DNA from: Felis catus | Lineage: Eukaryota | DNA: 64,000 nt | NCBI RefSeq assembly: GCF_018350175.1 | Contig: NC_058369.1 | Coordinates: 4,900,001 to 4,964,000 of the forward strand | Direction: 5' to 3' | In this document: positions 59,101-64,000 of the stretch, one piece after another | Numbering within the stretch: position 1 is the stretch's first letter | How the letters are laid out: each line of letters begins with the position of its first letter | Translations under genes and position numbers: made by a program | Notes under the pieces: generated by a model | Databases searched by the model: none | Seen by the model: the letters and a program-made list of their open reading frames with translations, nothing else | What the model was told of the DNA's origin: nothing

Positions 59101-61576
59101 ACAGCTGATCAGCAGGGCATGGGCACGATGGCATCACCCATCCTAGTTCTGTGACTGGGAGTCAGTTTACCCCACTGCCTCTCAAATGTCCTTAAAATAA
59201 AAGAATGTCATAAAGTGCTGAGTACAACGCCTGGCACTTAGTAAGTGCTCAGTTAAACTAGGGGCTATCTTATTATCAATGTCCCAAGTGAAGCTCTCCT
59301 TCCATGCTGGACTGCTGCTCTTTGTGCCCTTCCATCACACATTGTCCTTGAAGCTGGTACTAATGCACACATTTTCCTTTGGAGACCCAGTCTCCTCCAT
59401 GGCATGCTGGTAAACGTTTGATAGCCATCTCTCCAGGAAGAAAAGATCCTGGTTTGTGGCACTGGCAGTTTCCATCCTGCGAACATCCCTGCCACGGTAG
59501 ATTTCAAGCTACCAGCATCAGAGGGTGCAGAATTGGGAGTTGTGGGCACACTGGCTCTGGGGAGCCTTGTGCAGGCTCCAGCGCCCTCTTGGGTTTCTTC
59601 CCATTGTTGCCACACTGGGACCCCTGTTAAAGGGATAATTAAGATTGTGCTCCTGGGGGCTCCTGTCTGCCTGGATGGAAGAGCATGGGATTCTTGACCT
59701 TGGGGTTGTAAGTTCAAGTCCCACATCGGATTACTGAAAAATAAAATCTTGGGTCGCCTGGGTGGCTTAGTTAAGCGTCTGATTTCAGCTCAGGTTATGA
59801 TCTCACAGTTCATCAGTTTGACCCTCGTGTCGGGCTCTGTGATGACAGCTCAGAGCTTAGAGCCTGGAGCCTGCTTCAGATTCTCTGTCTCCTTCTCTCT
59901 TAGCCCCTTCCCTGCTTGCACTCTGTTGTCTCTTTCAAAATATGTAAATATTTTTTAAAATAGAAAAAAATAGGGGCGCCTGTGTGGCTCAGTCGGTTGA
60001 GCATCCGACTTTGGTTCAGGTCATGATCTTGCAGTTCGTGGGTTCAAGCCCCGCATCAGGTTCTGTGCTGACAGCTTGGAGCCTGGAGCCTGGTTCGGAT
60101 TCTGTGTCCCTCTCTCTGCCCCTTCCCCGCTCATGCTCTGTGTCTCTCTCTGTCTCTCAAAGATGAATAATCGTTAAAAAAAATAAAAAATAAATAAAAT
60201 CTGTTTAAAAAATTCGAGTTTGGTTCTATTAAAGTCAGAAAAGAAATATTATGGTAAATTCTGGTATGAATATAAATAAGACATTTCACTGTAAAATAAC
60301 ACTGTGAGTTTTAAAGCATTTGCTTTTCAGTGTTTCAATATTTTTTCAATTACTTTAAGTTTTCAGGGGAAAATTAACCACCAAACAATTTCAACCATTA
60401 AAAAAAAGACACGTGGATGGGAGCCTTCATTTTTCCATTAGCTTCAGGCTCCAATTATGGTTTGACTTGGCACTGTCTCTATTTAAAATTTGATCTTTTG
60501 TTCATCACAGGTTTTTTGGCATTAATTTTGATTCCTTACAATATTGCGTTAAAAGATTGTTGCCCTCATGACCTCACGTTTTGCTTGAAAATATTAATAA
60601 AGATGATAGGAGGCTTTTATTTTTTATTTTTTTAAAAAAATTTTTCATGTTTATTTTTGAGAGAGAAAGAGACAGAGTGTGAGTGGGGGCAGGGGAGGGG
60701 CACAGAGGGAGGGAGACAGAGAACCCAAAGCAGGCTCTGTGCTCCCCACTGTCAGTGCAGAGCCCAACACAGGGCTCAAACTCATGAGCTGTGAGACCAT
60801 GACCTGAAGTCAGACACTTAACTGACTGAGCCACCCAGGCACTCCAGTCACCCGCAGGCTTTATTTTTATTTATGACTTGATCTAGTATTATTTTTGAGA
60901 ATGTTCATCACTAAGAAAGTGTAGAAATGTAACTGTTCCTCACTTACTCACCCTAATCCTGGCCTTGCTTCCAATCTTGCAGGACTCCCAAACATCCTAA
61001 GCTGGACACTGGACACTCTTGGTGTCTCAGAGTCAGTGTCTCCAACCTGGGTTGACAGCATGGGGAGACAGGAGCCTCTCCCAAAGGACAAGGCACTGCA
61101 GGTGCCCCAAGGACTCACCACGACCTTCAAGAGTTTCTTGACACCATCCACGAGGAAATGATTGTCAACAGCAGCCTTGACCTCCACGTTATGTAGGCCA
61201 ACTTTCAGAGGCACGATGAGAAAAGGCACGGCTATTGAGGACTTGGCTGGGATGTTCAGAATCTGCTGATAGGGTTTCTTGGCGGTGGCCAGGCTGCAGA
61301 AGGCTGGGTTGTAGATCAGGGTCACCCTCGCCTGCCAGGGAGAGTATCAGTCAAGGGGCATGTGCCATGGTTCCCCCCCACACCTGCCATCTTCCAAGCT
61401 CTCCACCATACCTCTGCCCTCGCGGGAACCCACCTTGAGCTCCCCAACATCCTGGTAATTGTAGAGCACGGCCTGGATCTCCACTTGCTCGTTGCGCACG
61501 ACAGAGTAGGGTAGCCGCAGGTCGATGAAGAAGTCTTGCATCACCGTGACCTCATAGGGGTCAGCCACGCAGATCC
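44015..61576 (-). CDS. C3: Complement C3-like gene, copy B, exons 20-41 (partial; thioester-less paralog)
   Basis: 22 exons total 2549 nt, in frame to TGA at 44017-44015. Covers MG7, CUB, TED, MG8 and C345C, ending MVVFGCPN*. Carries GSGEQ instead of GCGEQ and PVIDQEM instead of PVIHQEM. Confidence 0.95.
44253..44388 (-). CDS. C3: C3-B exon 40
   Basis: 136 nt, [45 protein letters not shown]. Confidence 0.94.
44480..44563 (-). CDS. C3: C3-B exon 39
   Basis: 84 nt, [27 protein letters not shown]. Confidence 0.93.
45121..45204 (-). CDS. C3: C3-B exon 38
   Basis: 84 nt, [27 protein letters not shown]. Confidence 0.93.
45329..45418 (-). CDS. C3: C3-B exon 37
   Basis: [29 protein letters not shown]; exon may end at 45329 (GTGGAC donor) or 45335 (GTGAGG donor), both in frame. 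Confidence 0.88.
45617..45722 (-). CDS. C3: C3-B exon 36
   Basis: 106 nt, [35 protein letters not shown]. Confidence 0.92.
45714..45851 (-). repeat. 49-bp tandem repeat (~2.8 copies) containing the exon 36 splice acceptor
   Basis: gtgtgagatctggggggaaggaggaggctggtcagtggggcgacaggtc repeated; CAG|ATC junctions at 45722, 45771 and 45820. Confidence 0.93.
46185..46610 (+). mobile_element. CanSINE followed by an L1M 3' end with (CA)n
   Basis: SINE body; gagagggtagatcttcaaagttctcatcacac...caccttaaacttacac. Confidence 0.7.
47532..47609 (-). CDS. C3: C3-B exon 35 (shortened)
   Basis: 78 nt, [29 protein letters not shown] acceptor and GTAAG donor. Confidence 0.9.
47690..47777 (-). CDS. C3: C3-B exon 34
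   Basis: 88 nt, [29 protein letters not shown]. Confidence 0.93.
48110..48910. mobile_element. Old Tigger-like DNA transposon remnant (tentative)
   Basis: Resemblance by eye only (gaaatgaagacactggaggtaaaatttgaaatc). Confidence 0.35.
49084..49135 (-). CDS. C3: C3-B exon 33
   Basis: 52 nt, [16 protein letters not shown]. Confidence 0.93.
49253..49343 (-). CDS. C3: C3-B exon 32
   Basis: 91 nt, [30 protein letters not shown]. Confidence 0.93.
49460..49519 (-). CDS. C3: C3-B exon 31
   Basis: 60 nt, [20 protein letters not shown]. Confidence 0.93.
49663..49821 (-). CDS. C3: C3-B exon 30 (C3f / factor I region)
   Basis: 159 nt, [53 protein letters not shown]. Confidence 0.94.
50365..50960. repeat. 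~60 bp minisatellite in C3-B intron 29
   Basis: ctagaacccacaggaagatatgagctaacactgggagcc..aactgagaacatggt, about 9-10 copies; degenerate copies extend to ~49850. Confidence 0.85.
51181..51353 (-). CDS. C3: C3-B exon 29 (GC donor, 3-aa insertion)
   Basis: 173 nt, [25 protein letters not shown]...[12 protein letters not shown] followed by GCAAGT. Confidence 0.9.
51900..52098 (+). mobile_element. CanSINE
   Basis: SINE head and A-tail. Confidence 0.85.
53013..53169 (-). CDS. C3: C3-B exon 28
   Basis: 157 nt, [17 protein letters not shown]...[12 protein letters not shown]...FLSTAK. Confidence 0.93.
54145..54350 (-). mobile_element. CanSINE (antisense)
   Basis: Poly-T followed by reverse SINE. 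Confidence 0.85.
54421..54726 (+). mobile_element. Possible solo LTR in C3-B intron 27
   Basis: TG...CA ends with internal TATAAA and AATAAA; no clean TSD. Confidence 0.4.
55855..55953 (-). CDS. C3: C3-B exon 27
   Basis: 99 nt, [33 protein letters not shown]. Confidence 0.93.
56864..57023 (-). CDS. C3: C3-B exon 26 (catalytic His position reads Asp)
   Basis: 160 nt, [12 protein letters not shown]...[19 protein letters not shown]. Confidence 0.94.
57311..57386 (-). CDS. C3: C3-B exon 25
   Basis: 76 nt, [26 protein letters not shown]. Confidence 0.94.
57821..58024 (-). CDS. C3: C3-B exon 24 (thioester-site exon, GSGEQ)
   Basis: 204 nt, [51 protein letters not shown]...LIKK. Confidence 0.95.
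58780..58866 (-). CDS. C3: C3-B exon 23
   Basis: 87 nt, [28 protein letters not shown]. Confidence 0.93.
58976..59042 (-). CDS. C3: C3-B exon 22
   Basis: 67 nt, [22 protein letters not shown]. Confidence 0.93.
59655..60200 (+). mobile_element. CanSINE cluster (3 copies)
   Basis: Three SINE heads with tails. Confidence 0.8.
60620..60845 (-). mobile_element. CanSINE (antisense)
   Basis: Reverse SINE. Confidence 0.85.
61119..61331 (-). CDS. C3: C3-B exon 21
   Basis: 213 nt, [16 protein letters not shown]...[10 protein letters not shown]. Confidence 0.94.
61434..61576 (-). CDS. C3: C3-B exon 20
   Basis: 143 nt, [41 protein letters not shown]...LK. Confidence 0.94.
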
Positions 61577-62656
61577 CTGCCCAGGAGTGGAGTGTCAAGG
61601 GAAGGAGGTGGACAGGCTCTCAGTGCTTACCCCTCACTGCGGGAGCTGTGTCAAGCTCAGCCTGTGTTTGTGCAAGCCCAGGGGCTAAACAATTGCACAG
61701 GTGACACATTACCGATAGTGGTGGCAGCTGGGAGTCACTGTCATGTACGGTTTCCATTTTCTTCTTGTAGTTTTACTCACAGGTAGGTGTGCAGGGGGAA
61801 GGGCTCGAGCACACCCGAAGGGTCCATACCTGGGCTCTCCAAAATGGTAGCCTGAGCTCTCTCTGGTCCCTGGGCACTTGGAATGTGGCTAGCTCAGAAA
61901 ACTTTTTAACACATGTTTGGAACAATTTGCATATGCCAACCTACCTTTTCAGCTGTACATTTTGCAAATCCTACAATACAGATCAAAGTATTTCCAATGA
62001 AAGGCTAGGGGCGCCTTTCCACTGACTGGCTCAGTCAGTGGTGGGTGTGATTCTTGATCTGGGGCCATGAGTTCAAGCTCACGTGGGGTGTGGAGATGAC
62101 TTACAAATAAAATTAAAATCTTAAAAAAGAAAAATGGTAGCACCCTCACTGAAACGTTCTGCAAGTATAAAATATATGATACCTCAAAGGCTTAGATGAT
62201 CAAGTAAATGCATCTTTCATAATTTTGAGGTATTAATAGGTTATTCTCAAATATGAACAGATGGTTATAACAGTATTATGAGTCTGATGATGCTTTTTTC
62301 AACATATTTTTCAACATATTTTTTAACATATTTACCACATGTTGAAAGAATAATGTTTTGGAGACATCTGGTTAAAAAAATGTACAATAAAATTGATGTC
62401 ACCTCCTCTTTTTATATGGGGCTACCAGAAAATTTAAAATGACATGCAGCTTGCATCGTATTTCTGGTGGACAGTGCTGACCTACAGGAGTGAAGATGAC
62501 TGCAAAAGTGATGGTTAATTTGTGATTCAACAGCTACTAGGCTATATTCAAGCACTGGGTTGATGCAAGCAAAATGTGCAAAAGCTTTATCATATTAAAA
62601 ATGTTACACTAAAAAAATAAATAAAAATAATGTTGCACCAAAGGTGTATTAAAATT

Positions 62657-63365
62657 TGGGGCGCCTGGGTGGCTCAGTCGGTTAAGCGTCCGACTTCAGC
62701 TCAGGTCACGATCTCGCGGTCCGTGAGTTCGAGCCCCGCGTCGGGCTCTGTGCTGACAGCTCAGAGCCTGGAGCCCGTTTCAGATTCTGTGTCTCCCTCT
62801 CTCTCTCTGCCCCTCCCCCGTTCATGCTCTGTCTCTCTCTGTCTCAAACATAAATAAACGTTAAAAAAAATGTTACACTAAAAAAATAAATAAAAATAGT
62901 GTTGCACCGGGGCGCCTGGGTGGCACAGTCGGTTGAGCGTCCGACTTCAGCCAGGTCACGATCTCGCGGTCCGTGAGTTCGAGCCCCGCGTCGGGCTCTG
63001 GGTTGATGGCTCAGAGCCTGGAGCCTGTTTCGGATTCTGTGTCTCCCTCTCTCTCTGCCCCTTCCCCGTTCATGCTCTGTCTCTCTCTGTCCCAAAAATA
63101 AATAAACGTTGAAAAAAAAATTAAAAAAAAAATAGTGTTGCACCAAGAAGCATATTAAAATTTGGAGCACCGGGTTGGCTCAGGTGGTTCAGCGTCTGAC
63201 CCCTGATTTCAACTCAGGTCATGATCTCCAGGTTCCTGAGTCGGAGCCTGGCCTCAGGCTCTGAGGTGACGGTGTGGAGACTGCTTTGGATTCTCTTTCT
63301 CCTTCTCTCTCTGCCCCCCCCCCCCCCCACTCTCTCTCAGTCTCTCAAAACTAAGTAAATATTTT
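62657..63365 (+). mobile_element. Three tandem CanSINEs (62657-62870, 62909-63130, 63163-63365)
   Basis: SINE heads and tails; the middle copy has TSD aaaaatagtgttgcacc. Confidence 0.88.
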
Positions 63366-63555
63366 TAAAATGCAGTTAAAAAAGAAATATATTATAATTT
63401 AATAATTTTTGTGTGTCTATTCTTCAGTGTTGAAAAAAATAGAGACTTGAACAAAATCCTTATTTGCTAACCTACAGTCATTATTCATCATTCTCAGGGG
63501 GTCTGTTATAGTCACGGGAAGTAGTTATCATTTCTTATCTACTATTCATTTTTAC

Positions 63556-63775
63556 ATTTTTTTAATGTTTATTTATTTTTGAGAGGCGGAGCTGGAATGG
63601 GGGAGGGGCAGAGAGAGGGAGACACAGAATCTGAAGCAGGCTCCAGGGTCTAAGCTGTCAGCACAGAGCCGGACGCAGGGCTCGAACCCATGGACCATGA
63701 GATCATGACCTGAGCCAAACTCAGACACTTAACCAACTGAGCCACCCAGACGCCCTCCGCTCCCTGTTTTCACAT

Positions 63776-63813
<38 letters not shown>

Positions 63814-64000
63814 ATGTTTATTTATTTTTGAGACAGAGAGAAACAGAGCATGAATGGGGGAAGGTCAGAGAGAGAGGGAGACACAGAATCTGAAGCGAAT
63901 CCAGGGTCCGAGCTGTCAGCACAGAGCCCGACACGGGGCTCGAACTCACGAACCGTGAGATCATGACCTGAGCTGAAGTCAGATGCTCAACCGACTGAGC
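63556..64000 (-). mobile_element. Two antisense CanSINEs with (TA)n
   Basis: Reverse SINE sequences. Confidence 0.85.

Overview
Mammalian genomic DNA, most likely felid (carnivore CanSINE/SINEC_Fc-type SINEs and a young L1_Fc-like L1). The window holds two tandem, head-to-tail complement C3-like genes on the minus strand. Copy A: promoter plus exons 1-17 (13472->4738; signal peptide, beta chain, RRRR linker, C3a), continuing off the left edge. Copy B: exons 20-41 plus polyA signal (61576->44015), starting off the right edge. All 39 exons were located by splice sites and splice into open frames. Copy B has lost the thioester Cys (GCGEQ->GSGEQ), the catalytic His (PVIH->PVID) and the first factor I Arg (LPSR->LPSH), yet its ORF is intact. 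It looks like a preserved thioester-less C3 paralog. The spacer contains a decayed TNFSF14 exon 1, a duplicated ~0.8 kb segment (one copy split by a provirus), two degenerate ERV proviruses (one mosaic), L1s, SINEs and minisatellites. Comparisons with human C3 and repeat families are from memory, not database searches.
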